Shown: positions 24,463-35,213, counted from the stretch's first letter. The stretch is 64,000 nucleotides of DNA from Desulfatiglandales bacterium (GCA_963666345.1 OY762721.1:1280001-1344000); one strand, 5' to 3'. The notes: a model not told the origin generated them from the sequence alone. Program-made: numbers and translations.

Positions 24463-25293
24463 ATGGAAATAACTCTTGTTCATATCGCGATCCTTCTTTT
24501 AACCGGCATTGCAGCAGGATTTGCCTCCGGGCTTCTGGGAGTCGGGGGCGGATTTATCATGATTCCGGTACAGTTCTGGCTGCTCAAGGCGGCAGGGGTG
24601 GATCCCACCCTGTCCATCAGGATAGCGCTCGGGACCAATCTAATGGTCGTATTCCCGACGGCGTTAAGCGGCGCGATCTCTCACCACAAAAGAGGGGCCG
24701 TCCTGCTGAAAGAGGGGATCATACTGGGAGTGACCGGTCTGGCAGGGGCCTACCTCGGCGCAATAACAGCATCCCATCTTCCGGAAAAGATAATGACCCT
24801 TATCCTGGGGGGCTTTATAATCTTTGTAGGTATCAGGATGCTTACCTCGAAATCGCTTAAGACGCATGAAAGGAGCGCCAAGGACATAAAGATGTGTGCC
24901 ATTTGGGGCCTGCCCCTGGGAATCCTCTGCGGGGTCATGGGGGTCGCGGGCGGGGGTGTAATGGTACCTCTGATGGTGATAGCCTTGAAATTCACCATCC
25001 ATCAGGCAGTGGCAACCTCCATGCTGGTCATGGTATTCAACTCGGCAGGCGGCGCCTTCTCCTTTCTCGTAAACGGCCTTGGTATTGAAGGGCTTCCGCC
25101 CTATTCCACAGGATACGTCAACTGGCTCCAGTGGGTCCTCCTTGCGGGCTGCAGCATACCCATGGCGATCGTGGGTGCGAAAGCGGCCCACAGACTGCCC
25201 GCAGAGCGCATAAAGAAGCTCTTTGTGATAGCCATGTTTTACATAGGCCTCAAGATGACAGGGGCCTTCGCCTGGCTCAATCTCCCACTGTAA
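24463..25293 (+). CDS. TauE/SafE family sulfite exporter
   Basis: SGLLGVGGG..MIP repeated as GVAGGGVMVP; about 8 TM segments. Confidence 0.85.
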   Translation: MEITLVHIAILLLTGIAAGFASGLLGVGGGFIMIPVQFWLLKAAGVDPTLSIRIALGTNLMVVFPTALSGAISHHKRGAVLLKEGIILGVTGLAGAYLGAITASHLPEKIMTLILGGFIIFVGIRMLTSKSLKTHERSAKDIKMCAIWGLPLGILCGVMGVAGGGVMVPLMVIALKFTIHQAVATSMLVMVFNSAGGAFSFLVNGLGIEGLPPYSTGYVNWLQWVLLAGCSIPMAIVGAKAAHRLPAERIKKLFVIAMFYIGLKMTGAFAWLNLPL

Positions 25294-25397
25294 AAGCAAA
25301 ACCGGATCGAACACCCTTGACCATTTTTTTCATCTCCCCTACACTTCGGCATGTTTTCAAATTAAATTCGCAGGATCGCAACCCCGGAGGCATAAAA

Positions 25398-26039
25398 ATG
25401 GAAAGCCTTGAGAAAAAAAGGCAGCGGCTGGAAAAGATATTCGAGACACTCGACCCCTTATACACGACGGACAAGACCGCGCTGAATTACAGGACCCCGT
25501 TTGAGCTTCTCATCGCCACGATCCTTTCGGCGCAGTGCACGGACAGGCAGGTAAACGTGGTAACAAAGTCCCTTTTCAAAAAATATAAAGGACCTAACGA
25601 TTATCTCGGGGCATCGGTAGAAGAGCTGCAGAATGATATAAGGCCGACAGGCTTTTACAAAAACAAGACAAAATCGATCAAGGGATGCTGCCGGGGCCTA
25701 ATCGATCTATATGCCGGCGAGGTCCCTTCAACCATGGAGGAACTGGTAAGGCTGCCAGGGGTCGGCAGAAAGACTGCCAACTGCGTCCTCGGAGCGGTCT
25801 TCGGCGTGCCGGGCGTTGTCGTCGACACCCATGTAAAAAGGCTCTCCATGAGGCTCGGGCTGACAGAGGAAACAAATCCCGACAAGATCGAATTTGAGAT
25901 ACAGAAACTTCTTCCGCCCGACAGGTGGCGGCGGTTTTCAGACATAATGATCTATCATGGAAGGCAGATATGCAAGGCGCGCAAACCTGATCATGCCGGT
26001 TGCGCGGTCTTTAAATACTGTCCGTCCCATGCGATATAG
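25398..26039 (+). CDS. nth: Endonuclease III
   Basis: LLIATILSAQCTD, LPGVGRKTAN, VDTHV; start at ATG 25398 after GGAGG. Confidence 0.95.
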   Translation: MESLEKKRQRLEKIFETLDPLYTTDKTALNYRTPFELLIATILSAQCTDRQVNVVTKSLFKKYKGPNDYLGASVEELQNDIRPTGFYKNKTKSIKGCCRGLIDLYAGEVPSTMEELVRLPGVGRKTANCVLGAVFGVPGVVVDTHVKRLSMRLGLTEETNPDKIEFEIQKLLPPDRWRRFSDIMIYHGRQICKARKPDHAGCAVFKYCPSHAI

Positions 26040-26076
26040 CCTTATGAAAAGACTCTCGCTGATCCTGTCTTATTTT

Positions 26077-26844
26077 CTACAGCTCGAATTCCGCTACCAG
26101 GAAGGTGTGGTCCGAGGGTTTTTCCAATGCCCTGGCCTTTGTGTCTATCCAGCAGGTCCTTGATTTTTCCGCAAGGCAGGAGGTTGCAAGGATATAGTCG
26201 ATACGCCACCCCAGGTTGCGCTTGAGCGCGCCCGGGATTCTATAGTCCCAGAAGGTAAAATTACCCCCTTCAGGCACATGTTTTCTGAATATATCAAAAA
26301 GCCCCCATTTCAGAATATCTTTCAATATAGACTGCTCTTCAGGATGAAAGGCGACCTCGCCCCTGAACCTGTCAGGATCGAACAGGTCCCTGTCTTCCAG
26401 GGCCACATTGAAATCTCCGGCGACAATGAGAGGTCTGGATGGATCACGCCTGTCTTTCAGAAAAGATAAGAGACCCCTCAGCCAGCTCAGCTTGTAATCA
26501 AATTTCTGAGTGCCCGCCTCGAACCCCTGCGGCACGTAGACATTTATAACCGATATGCCGCACACATCAACGCTTATGAATCTGGCATCTTCATCCTCTT
26601 CGTAAAGCGTGCAAACGACCCCTTCCAATGGATGCCTGCTGATGACGGCAACCCCGTTATAGCTCTTCTGCCCCCTGAAGACCGCGCCAAAGCCCGCCTT
26701 TTTGAAGGCATCCAGAGGGAAATCCTTGTCCTGGACCTTTGTCTCCTGGACGCACAGGATATCCGGAGACTCCCTTTTAAGCCAGTCAAGGATTACAGGC
26801 AACCGGGCCCTTATGGAATTGGCATTAAAGCTTGCCAGCTTCAC
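26077..26844 (-). CDS. xth: Exodeoxyribonuclease III
   Basis: NANSIRAR, QETK, YNGVA, GDFNVA, WDYR, RIDYI, SDH. Confidence 0.95.
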   Translation of the reverse strand: MKLASFNANSIRARLPVILDWLKRESPDILCVQETKVQDKDFPLDAFKKAGFGAVFRGQKSYNGVAVISRHPLEGVVCTLYEEDEDARFISVDVCGISVINVYVPQGFEAGTQKFDYKLSWLRGLLSFLKDRRDPSRPLIVAGDFNVALEDRDLFDPDRFRGEVAFHPEEQSILKDILKWGLFDIFRKHVPEGGNFTFWDYRIPGALKRNLGWRIDYILATSCLAEKSRTCWIDTKARALEKPSDHTFLVAEFEL

Positions 26845-28751
26845 TATTTCACCTTGCTTCCTGCAGCGGTTTTTTCATCAGGCGTAAGGATGTGACAACC
26901 CGCCTCGTCTCCTGCGGCAAGTATCATGCCCCTTGATTCAACTCCCATGAGGGTCACAGGTTCCAGGTTGGCGACAAAAAGGGCCTGTTTCCCCTCCAGT
27001 TCATCTGCGCTGTAATAATTGGCGATACCGGCTACGACAGTCCTTTCCTCACCCATGTCGACGGTCAACTTCAGAAGCTTTTTTGATTTCCTGATCGGCT
27101 CGGCCTTCAGGATGGTACCGACCCTCAGGTCCAGTTTTTTGAAATCATCAAACAGTATCAAGGGTTTTTCCTTTTCTTTTGGCTGAGCGGTTTTCACCGC
27201 CTTTGCCCCTGCTTCCTGTCCGGCGGATTCCACTCTTGGAAAAAGCGCTTCGGCCTTTGTAATCTTCCTTACAGCCCTCATCTCACCCCAACCTTTGAGC
27301 TCTTGAGGGCCCAGTTTTTCCCCCTTAAAATCAAGGCCGAGCTGATCCTGAATCTTCTCCGCCGATTCAGGGATAAAAGGCCACAGCAGAGATGAGATTA
27401 TCTTGAGCGTTTCAAGCACATGGAACATTACCGTGCCCAGCCTTTCCTTGTCCGACTTTGCAAGGACCCATGGCGCCATTGAATCTATATATTTGTTCAC
27501 CGCCCCCACCAGATCCCAGACAGCTATAAGGGCCTTGTGAAAGCCGAGTTGCATCATCAGCGATTCATAGGTATCAAGCAGCCCGAGAGCCTTTTCCTTC
27601 AAAGCGTCGTCAGGGCTTTCCGCCCGACCCGGCTCGGGTGCGTCCCCATTGAAATACTTATGCACCATTGTCAGGCTTCTGCTCACCAGGTTACCGAGGT
27701 CGTTTGCCAGATCCGAATTAATCCTTCCCACAAGAGCCTCTTCGCTGAAATCGGAATCAAGTCCGAAGACCATCTCCCTCAACAGAAAGTACCTCATGGC
27801 ATCGAGTCCGTAGACATCCAGTAATTTCAGAGGCTTTACGACGTTTCCAACGCTCTTTGACATTTTGCCTGCATTGACATTCCAGTATCCATGAACATTC
27901 AGATGCCTGTAAGGTTCGATTCCGGCTGATTTAAGCATGCATGGCCAATATATGCCGTGCGGTTTGAGGATGTCCTTCGCGATTGTGTGCTCGGCCGAAG
28001 GCCAGAATCTTGAAAAAAGTTCTCCATCCGGGTAGCCCATGGCTGACACATAGTTTATCAATGCGTCAAACCAGACATAGGTAACGAAATTTTCATCAAA
28101 AGGCAGGGTTATCCCCCAGGTGAGGCGTGATTTGGGTCTGGAAATGCAAAGGTCTTCAAGCGGTTCCTTGAGAAAAGAAAGGACCTCGTTCTTATATCTT
28201 TCAGGTCTTATAAAATCAGGATTCTTCCGGATATGATCTATGAGCCAGTCCTGATATCTGCTCATCCTGAAAAAATAGTTCGCCTCTTTTATGACTTTGG
28301 GCTCTGTCTGGTGGTCGGGACACTTTCCATCGACCAGTTCTTTTTCAGTATAGAACCTTTCACATCCCACACAGTAGAGGCCTTCGTACTCGCTGAAATA
28401 GATGTCACCCCTGTCCCTGACCCTGTTCAATATCAGCTGAACGGTGTCCATATGGGATCGGTCGGTGGTGCGAACAAAATAATCGTTGCTGATATTGAGC
28501 CTGGGCCAGAGGTCCCTGAACAACCCGCTTATCCCGTCCACATATTCCTTGGGAGTCTTGCCCGCCTTTTCCGCGGCCTCGACTATCTTGTCGCCATGTT
28601 CATCCGTCCCTGTCAGAAAATAACTTTCAAATCCCCACAGCAGGTGAAATCTTTTCATTAGATCGGCCACGATCGTCGTGTAGGCGTGGCCGATATGGGG
28701 TTCGGCATTTACGTAATAGATCGGCGTGCTGACATAGAATTTTTTAGACAA
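26844..28751 (-). CDS. metG: Methionine-tRNA ligase with C-terminal tRNA-binding domain
   Basis: HIGH, KMSKS, YVWFDAL, C-terminal OB fold. Confidence 0.97.
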   Translation of the reverse strand: MSKKFYVSTPIYYVNAEPHIGHAYTTIVADLMKRFHLLWGFESYFLTGTDEHGDKIVEAAEKAGKTPKEYVDGISGLFRDLWPRLNISNDYFVRTTDRSHMDTVQLILNRVRDRGDIYFSEYEGLYCVGCERFYTEKELVDGKCPDHQTEPKVIKEANYFFRMSRYQDWLIDHIRKNPDFIRPERYKNEVLSFLKEPLEDLCISRPKSRLTWGITLPFDENFVTYVWFDALINYVSAMGYPDGELFSRFWPSAEHTIAKDILKPHGIYWPCMLKSAGIEPYRHLNVHGYWNVNAGKMSKSVGNVVKPLKLLDVYGLDAMRYFLLREMVFGLDSDFSEEALVGRINSDLANDLGNLVSRSLTMVHKYFNGDAPEPGRAESPDDALKEKALGLLDTYESLMMQLGFHKALIAVWDLVGAVNKYIDSMAPWVLAKSDKERLGTVMFHVLETLKIISSLLWPFIPESAEKIQDQLGLDFKGEKLGPQELKGWGEMRAVRKITKAEALFPRVESAGQEAGAKAVKTAQPKEKEKPLILFDDFKKLDLRVGTILKAEPIRKSKKLLKLTVDMGEERTVVAGIANYYSADELEGKQALFVANLEPVTLMGVESRGMILAAGDEAGCHILTPDEKTAAGSKVK

Positions 28752-28759
28752 TGTCCTGG

Positions 28760-29587
28760 TTACTCCTTTTTTGATCTTCTTTTGAAAATTCCATCCTGTG
28801 CGATATCCCTGGTAGTGATCTCCTTTTCCTCTCCCGACTCTATCTCAACGGTCAGGGTTTCCTTCAGGACATTCTGGCGTGTTACCTTTCCGCTCCCGAA
28901 TCTCGTGTAGACCTTTTTGCCCACCTTGGGCAGTTTCTTTTTGATATCCTCGTAGAGTTTATGCTCATAGGAAAGGCAGCACATCAGTCTGCCGCACATA
29001 CCCGATATCTTGCTCGGGTTCAAGGATATGTTCTGTTCTTTTGCCATCTTTATGGTCACGGGATCGAACTTGTTTAAGAATGATGAACAGCAAAGGGCCC
29101 TTCCGCAGGGGCCGAGGCCGCCTACCATCTTTGCCTGATGACGCACCCCTATCTGCCTCATTTCTATCCTGGTCCTGAATTTCTTTACCAGATCCTTTAC
29201 CAGTTCCCTGAAATCCACCCTCCCGTCGGCAGTAAAATAGACGATGATCTTGCTGCCGTCAAAACGTCTTTCCACTGACACGAGAGACATGGGGATGGAT
29301 CTATCCTTGATACGCTGATAACAATAATTAGAGACGCTTTCTTCCATTCCGGAACTTCTTTCGTACCTTTCTATTTCTTCCTTTGTGGCCAGCCTGTATA
29401 CCTTTTTCAGGGGCCTGGGATAACTCTTTATCTCCATCTCCTGAGGTTCGGCGGTTACGCAACCTATGGAAGGTCCTTCCTCGGTTATGACCATCACCTT
29501 ATCGCCTTTTTTAAGGACGAAATGGCCTGAGCAGAAATCATATACCTTGCCCTTATTCTTGAATTGTATGCCTACTACCTTGTTCAT
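28760..29587 (-). CDS. PSP1/YaaT (RicT) family protein
   Basis: FTADGRVDFRELVK, RQIGVR, CGR.LCC, SGMCGRLMCCL.YE. Confidence 0.9.
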   Translation of the reverse strand: MNKVVGIQFKNKGKVYDFCSGHFVLKKGDKVMVITEEGPSIGCVTAEPQEMEIKSYPRPLKKVYRLATKEEIERYERSSGMEESVSNYCYQRIKDRSIPMSLVSVERRFDGSKIIVYFTADGRVDFRELVKDLVKKFRTRIEMRQIGVRHQAKMVGGLGPCGRALCCSSFLNKFDPVTIKMAKEQNISLNPSKISGMCGRLMCCLSYEHKLYEDIKKKLPKVGKKVYTRFGSGKVTRQNVLKETLTVEIESGEEKEITTRDIAQDGIFKRRSKKE

Positions 29588-29604
29588 GGCAGGCCTCGTA
29601 AGGG

Positions 29605-30657
29605 TTAAATATGGCCTGGCTCCCGACCCGCATAACCGGCAAGCGCCAGCAGTAAATGTTCCATAACAAGTTTTGTGTTGCGCATCCTCCTGAGATCGCT
29701 CTTGGCCCTGTCCAGGGCCGAGAGGTTTTCAATAAGGCCTTCTATCTTAAGGCCTTTGGAAATCTTTTTCAACTTCCCGGAAAAATCGGCATTTATCAAT
29801 ATCTCATCGGCACATGAAAGCCTGGTTGCCAAAAGATCCCTGTACCAGCTCTCCCATACCTCCAGCATCTCCAGTATTATCAGCCTTTCATCCGGTTTTT
29901 CCTCATCCGAGACCTTTTTTTCCTCGTCCCCCAGGTCATAGGCAATTTTCAATGCCTGACCCCTGGAAAGGCCGGGGATGTTCAGGGCCCTGGATATCCA
30001 CCTCTGCCTCTTTTCAAGGAAACCTTCCTTGCATATCCTGAGGGCTCCGCCTATGCTGCCGCCGGAAAGCCTGGCCGCAAGATCCGCCGAGTCCTTGTCG
30101 ACTCCTTCCCTGGAGCGGATGAAACCGCATATCTCTTCCATGGAAAGTGGTTGGAAGGAGACCCTCTGGCACCTTGATACAACCGTCGGCAGAAGTTCCA
30201 GAGGATCGGTTACGCTCAGGATGAAGATATTGTTCGGGGGCGGCTCCTCAAGTGTCTTTAAAAAGGAATTGGCCGACTCACGGTTAAGTCTTTCAGCCTG
30301 CTGAAGAATCGATACCCTGTAACCACCTGACACGGGCGGAAAGGCTATCCTCCTGTTCAACTCCCTTATCTGAGATATCCTTATATCCTGCCCATCAGGC
30401 ACTATCTCCAGAAAATCGGGAAAATTGCGGCCGGCGATCTGCCTGCAGATTGGGCAGGACCCGCAATTTTCCCCATTTTCCGGGTTCATGCAATTGAGTG
30501 CGGCGGTAAAGGCAAGGGCGGTCGTTGTCTTTCCGATACCGGGTATTCCTGTAAACAGATAGGAATGCGGAATCTTACCGCCCCTTATTACCTGTTTCAG
30601 GAACCCTTTGGCCTTTTCCTGACCTATGATCTGTGAAAAAGACAAGAAATCATTCAT
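29605..30657 (-). CDS. holB: DNA polymerase III delta' subunit
   Basis: HSYLF.G..GIGK, Zn cysteines, ANSFLKTLEEPP, TVVSRC. Confidence 0.93.
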   Translation of the reverse strand: MNDFLSFSQIIGQEKAKGFLKQVIRGGKIPHSYLFTGIPGIGKTTTALAFTAALNCMNPENGENCGSCPICRQIAGRNFPDFLEIVPDGQDIRISQIRELNRRIAFPPVSGGYRVSILQQAERLNRESANSFLKTLEEPPPNNIFILSVTDPLELLPTVVSRCQRVSFQPLSMEEICGFIRSREGVDKDSADLAARLSGGSIGGALRICKEGFLEKRQRWISRALNIPGLSRGQALKIAYDLGDEEKKVSDEEKPDERLIILEMLEVWESWYRDLLATRLSCADEILINADFSGKLKKISKGLKIEGLIENLSALDRAKSDLRRMRNTKLVMEHLLLALAGYAGREPGHI

Positions 30658-31307
30658 TCGCCGATCTTGGACACTACCGGACGGAGAGATTCAAAGATCG
30701 ACTCCTCCAGTTTACCCACCTCCAAGGTGCCGTCAACGACCAGAAACCTGTCCTTTTCAGCCCCTGCCAGGGCAAGATATCCCTGCCTTACAGTCTCGTG
30801 GAATGCCATCTTCTCCCTTTCAAATCTGTCTTGCCCGCTCTGCGCCTCTGAAAGGTTCCGCTTTAATGCCCTGGCAATGCCGATTTCGACGGGACAGTCG
30901 ATAAGAAAGGTTATATCCGGGACAACACCTGCTGTCACATTCTCTTTCAGGATATTCAGCAAACCGGGATCCAGCCCTCTCGCATATCCCTGGTACACGG
31001 TTGTCGCATCAAAGAAACGGTCGCATATGACCCAGTCTCCCCTTTCAAGGGCGGGCATGATTATCTCGGCCATATGCTGGGCCCTGTCCGCGCAATACAG
31101 CATCAGTTCGGCTAGGGGGGAAAGGTTCTTATTCCCGGAGTCAAGAAGGATCTCTCTTATATCCTTGCCTATCTTCGTACCCCCCGGCTCGAGTGTGTGA
31201 ACAACGGGGATTGAGATTTTTTTCAACCTCTTCACAAGCCTTTTTACCTGGGTCGATTTACCGCAACCCTCAATACCTTCGAAGGTAATAAACAAAATGC
31301 ACCTCAT
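30654..31307 (-). CDS. tmk: Thymidylate kinase
   Basis: FEGIEGCGKST, EPGGT, DRF...YQG. Confidence 0.96.
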   Translation of the reverse strand: MRCILFITFEGIEGCGKSTQVKRLVKRLKKISIPVVHTLEPGGTKIGKDIREILLDSGNKNLSPLAELMLYCADRAQHMAEIIMPALERGDWVICDRFFDATTVYQGYARGLDPGLLNILKENVTAGVVPDITFLIDCPVEIGIARALKRNLSEAQSGQDRFEREKMAFHETVRQGYLALAGAEKDRFLVVDGTLEVGKLEESIFESLRPVVSKIGE

Positions 31308-31619
31308 AAAATAGTGTTTTCAGTACAATCTTTAGGCCGGGAGTATAGAAAAATTGATACAGGTAATCAAGAAGCAAAAAGGCCGGAGCTGATCCATGCC
31401 CGAATAAAGAACCTCAACTTAATCTTTTCTATTGACAACTGGACGATAATGACTAAAATCCGTTCGCCTTCATACCGCTCCCGCACAATCCTCTGAAGGT
31501 GCGCTGCATCCGTGCCCACGGGCGCAAAAAGGTTTGAAGCAAAGGCTACCGACGACAATACCGCCTTGGTTTGAAAGAAGACTCAAGGGCCCAATTGCAA
31601 AAAGGAGATTCAGACACGC

Positions 31620-32177
31620 ATGGACGATACCGGAAAACGCTTTTTAGAAGAACTCAACATGAAAAAGGAACAGTATGAAAAGGCAATAGCAAGGCTCAAA
31701 AAAAACCAGATGGATTATAATGATTATGCCCTCGGCGATAACAATATGGACGAATCGGACCAGGCCCAGCATGAAATATCGGTCTTCACCAATTACAACC
31801 TGATTGAGAAAAAGATCAGCGAGCTCAAAAAGGTAGACAGCCTGATACAAACGATTCTGAAAAGCAACAGATTCGGTGACTGCGAAGAGTGCGGGGAACC
31901 GATTCCGATTGAAAGGCTGCTTGTCGTGCCGGGCACGACCCTTTGCGTGGACTGCCAGAAGGAACTCGAAAAAAATGGTTATTCGAGGGGCCTGAACCGC
32001 CACCCCGTTCCTTATCATTCATACAGAGAAAAAGACTCCAATGATCTGGACGAACTGGAAGATTACAAATATGACCTGATTGATACGGATCTTGAAATCA
32101 TTGACGACCATACCCTTTTTAATGGAGTAAACGACCTTCCTGAAGAGCGAATTGAAGTACCGGATTCGGAATCCTGA
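31620..32177 (+). CDS. TraR/DksA C4 zinc-finger protein with acidic C-terminal tail
   Basis: DESDQA (DxxDxA), FG.CEECGEPI..ERL...P....CVDC. Confidence 0.85.
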   Translation: MDDTGKRFLEELNMKKEQYEKAIARLKKNQMDYNDYALGDNNMDESDQAQHEISVFTNYNLIEKKISELKKVDSLIQTILKSNRFGDCEECGEPIPIERLLVVPGTTLCVDCQKELEKNGYSRGLNRHPVPYHSYREKDSNDLDELEDYKYDLIDTDLEIIDDHTLFNGVNDLPEERIEVPDSES

Positions 32178-32567
32178 AGCGCCACGCACCGGGATTTTCA
32201 ACACAGACCTACTGCGACATATGATTAAAGGCCTTCGGCCCGAAGGACAGGGTGACGAGCAAAGCGGCTTCACAATTCAAGGCGCTCTTGCTTTTGGTCG
32301 CTTTTCTATATTACAGTCATCTATGTCTATCCATCAGGGCGGCGCCGTTTTTCTCAACCCGACTGACAACCCCCAGGTTTTATGTAATAAAACAGATGGA
32401 GGTCCCTCTCCACCACCTTAAACGTCCGATGACAGGAATGAGAGGTCCGCTTCACGCTTAAATGCCGAAAGAGATTGCGGTAAAGCTGAATAAAAAGGGG
32501 CTTGTCTCCGTCCGGATAATGTTTTATTAGTGAGAACAAATTTTAGCGGAAAACGGGAGATCGCCTT

Positions 32568-33908
32568 TTGCAGCCTGAAAATTTTCATACAAAGATATAT
32601 TCCGTATCTCAACTGACTGAAGAGATTCAGGGCATCCTGGAAGACAGATTCCCCTTTATATGGATTGAAGGGGAAATCAGCAATTTCAGTGCGCCCGCGT
32701 CCGGGCATTACTATATGGTCCTCAAGGACAAAAAATCTCAGATAAGGGCTGTTATGTTCAGGATGCAGGCCCGCTATATCAGATACGTTCCGGAAAATGG
32801 AATGAAGGTCATAGCCCAGGGAAGGATAGGCGTCTATCCGCCCAGGGGTGAGTACCAGGTCATCCTGGATTATCTCGAACCGCTGGGCGTTGGAGCGCTC
32901 GCAATGGCCTTTGAACAGTTAAAGAGGCGGCTTGCCGAACAGGGACTTTTCGATGAAGCGCTTAAAAGGCCGCTTCCCTTCCTGCCTCAGCGCATAGCGG
33001 TAATCACCTCTCCAACAGGTGCCGCCGTCAAAGACTTCCTCAAGGTTATAGGCAGAAGATTTGAGAACCTGGACATAATTGTCGTACCGGTAAGGGTTCA
33101 GGGAGAAGAGGCAAGCAGCGATATTGTAAAGGCCCTGGAGCTTGTGAACAGACAGCTGGACGTTGATGTAATCGTACTCACCCGCGGAGGAGGGTCACTT
33201 GAAGACCTGTGGCCTTTCAACCAGGAGGAGCTTGCCCTTTGCATAAGAAAATCGCGCATCCCTGTTGTATCCGCGGTCGGGCATGAAATCGACCTCACCA
33301 TCTCGGATCTTGCAGCAGACCTCAGGGCACCCACTCCATCGGCCGCTGCGGAAATGCTTGTCTCGGAAAAGAAAATCCTGAGAAACAGGATAGATGAGGC
33401 GGCAGCCAGGCTCGAAAACGGCATAAAGCACCGCCTGAAAGGCCTGGGAATGGAAGTCGAGGCCTTCAGAAAGGCGATAAAAGACCCTGGGAAAGGGTTG
33501 CAGGAAGAGATGATTCACCTTGATGACATGGTCTTTCGGCTTCAAAGATCCGTAAGACGTTTCATCGACAAGACAGCCCGGGGGCTTGAAGGTGAAAAAA
33601 GAGGACTTATCGGCAACTCGCCGTCCGCCTTCCTGACCTCTTTGAGGCAGGACCTCAAGTTCAAGGAGCGATCGCTTGAAGAACAGATGCTGAGGGTACT
33701 TCATGAAAAGAGGACAGGCATTTCCCACCTTGAAAGGAGGGCGGGAGACCTGGGCCCGCTTTCCGTTTTAAACAGGGGTTACAGTATCACCATGAAGCTC
33801 CCGGAAATGGGTCTTGTCAGGGACTCGGCAGATACCTCAAGAGGTGACAGGGTAAAAGTCATGCTTTCAAAGGGAGAACTCGAGTGTATCGTTGAAAAAT
33901 CCGATTAA
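32568..33908 (+). CDS. xseA: Exodeoxyribonuclease VII large subunit
   Basis: GEISN, SGH.Y, ITSPTGAA, RGGGS.EDL, VGHE.D, PTPSAAA. Confidence 0.96.
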   Translation: MQPENFHTKIYSVSQLTEEIQGILEDRFPFIWIEGEISNFSAPASGHYYMVLKDKKSQIRAVMFRMQARYIRYVPENGMKVIAQGRIGVYPPRGEYQVILDYLEPLGVGALAMAFEQLKRRLAEQGLFDEALKRPLPFLPQRIAVITSPTGAAVKDFLKVIGRRFENLDIIVVPVRVQGEEASSDIVKALELVNRQLDVDVIVLTRGGGSLEDLWPFNQEELALCIRKSRIPVVSAVGHEIDLTISDLAADLRAPTPSAAAEMLVSEKKILRNRIDEAAARLENGIKHRLKGLGMEVEAFRKAIKDPGKGLQEEMIHLDDMVFRLQRSVRRFIDKTARGLEGEKRGLIGNSPSAFLTSLRQDLKFKERSLEEQMLRVLHEKRTGISHLERRAGDLGPLSVLNRGYSITMKLPEMGLVRDSADTSRGDRVKVMLSKGELECIVEKSD

Positions 33909-34069
33909 ACGTGACTCTTTTGCAGGGCATGATTCAAAATTGACAGAGATCTTTGCAAATTATAGAGTCATTTTATTAAATACGTGAAAGATAAATGTCA
34001 CAGATGCCTGAAAAGGTTTGGCAGATAACATATCTTTTCCCGCATATTTTTTTTGATCCGGAGGGGGAG

Positions 34070-34315
34070 ATGGTTGAGAAAAAATTTGAACCGGCGATGA
34101 AACGACTGGAGGAGATTGTTCAAAATCTTGAAGATGGGCAACTGCCCCTTGAAGACTCGCTCAAGGTGTTTGAAGAGGGGATGCGTCTTGTCAAATTCTG
34201 CTCCAAAAAACTCGAAGAGGCGGAAAAGAAGGTTTCTCTTCTGATAAAGGAAAGCGGCGGAAAACATAGCCTGGCCCCCTTTGATCCGGAAGGAGAAGAA
34301 GACGATGACCAATGA
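34070..34315 (+). CDS. xseB: Exodeoxyribonuclease VII small subunit
   Basis: FE.AM.RLEEIV..LE.G..PLE.S...FEEG; start at ATG 34070. Confidence 0.93.
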   Translation: MVEKKFEPAMKRLEEIVQNLEDGQLPLEDSLKVFEEGMRLVKFCSKKLEEAEKKVSLLIKESGGKHSLAPFDPEGEEDDDQ

Positions 34316-35213
34316 CGATTCTTTCGACCTAAAGGGATACCTGAGCATCAGGAAGGCCAGGGTTGACAAAGAGCTGGACAAATGCCTGCCCCAGGCGGGC
34401 GGACCGGCGAATGACCTGATCAAGGCCATGAGGTACAGTCTTTTTGCCGGGGGGAAAAGATTGAGGCCGATTTTGTGTATGGCAGGGGCGGAGGCGGTGG
34501 GAGGAAATGAGGAGCAGGTCCTGCCTGTTGCCTGCGCCCTGGAATTTATTCAGACCTATTCCCTTATCCACGATGATCTGCCGGTGATGGACGACGACGA
34601 CCTGAGAAGGGGAAAACCCACCTGCCACAAGGTATTCGGAGACGCGCTGGCGCTTCTTGCTGGCGATGCCCTGCTGACCGAGGCATTCACGATACTGTCG
34701 AACATCGCAATCTCGGAGCGCATTCCGGCCGGGGCGCTGTTAAGGGTAGTAGGCATTATTTCAAGGGCATCCGGATACGCGGGAATGGTCGGGGGACAGG
34801 TTGCCGATATCCAGTCCCAGGGCACCCCAGTGGACCTGTCTTTTGTTCAGTTCATCCATTCCCGTAAGACAGCGGCACTCATTGAAGGCTCTGTGGCGGC
34901 CGGAGCCGTGCTTGGGGGAGGAAACGAGGAAGAGATTAATGCCCTCAGCGATTATGGCCGAAAGATCGGCCTGGCATTTCAGATCTCAGACGATATACTT
35001 GATATTGAAAGCACGAGTGAGACCCTCGGGAAAAAGGTCGGGGCGGACGTGGAAAGGGGCAAAGCCACCTATCCTTCAGTGGTCGGAATGAAAAATTCAA
35101 AAGATGTGGGGATTGAACTTGTAGAGCAGTCCCTGGAGGCGATAAACGCCTTCGATCACAGGGCGGCCCCGCTCAGGAAGATAGCCCGATATATTGTTGA
35201 AAGGAAAAAATGA
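34305..35213 (+). CDS. ispA: Farnesyl/geranyl diphosphate synthase
   Basis: GGKRLRP, SLIHDDLP.MDDDDLRRG, FQI.DDILD. Confidence 0.93.
   Translation: MTNDDSFDLKGYLSIRKARVDKELDKCLPQAGGPANDLIKAMRYSLFAGGKRLRPILCMAGAEAVGGNEEQVLPVACALEFIQTYSLIHDDLPVMDDDDLRRGKPTCHKVFGDALALLAGDALLTEAFTILSNIAISERIPAGALLRVVGIISRASGYAGMVGGQVADIQSQGTPVDLSFVQFIHSRKTAALIEGSVAAGAVLGGGNEEEINALSDYGRKIGLAFQISDDILDIESTSETLGKKVGADVERGKATYPSVVGMKNSKDVGIELVEQSLEAINAFDHRAAPLRKIARYIVERKK

Noticed and set aside
25131..25397. N-terminal extension of nth in the ORF track
   Set aside because: Overlaps the TauE gene; RBS and similarity begin at 25398.
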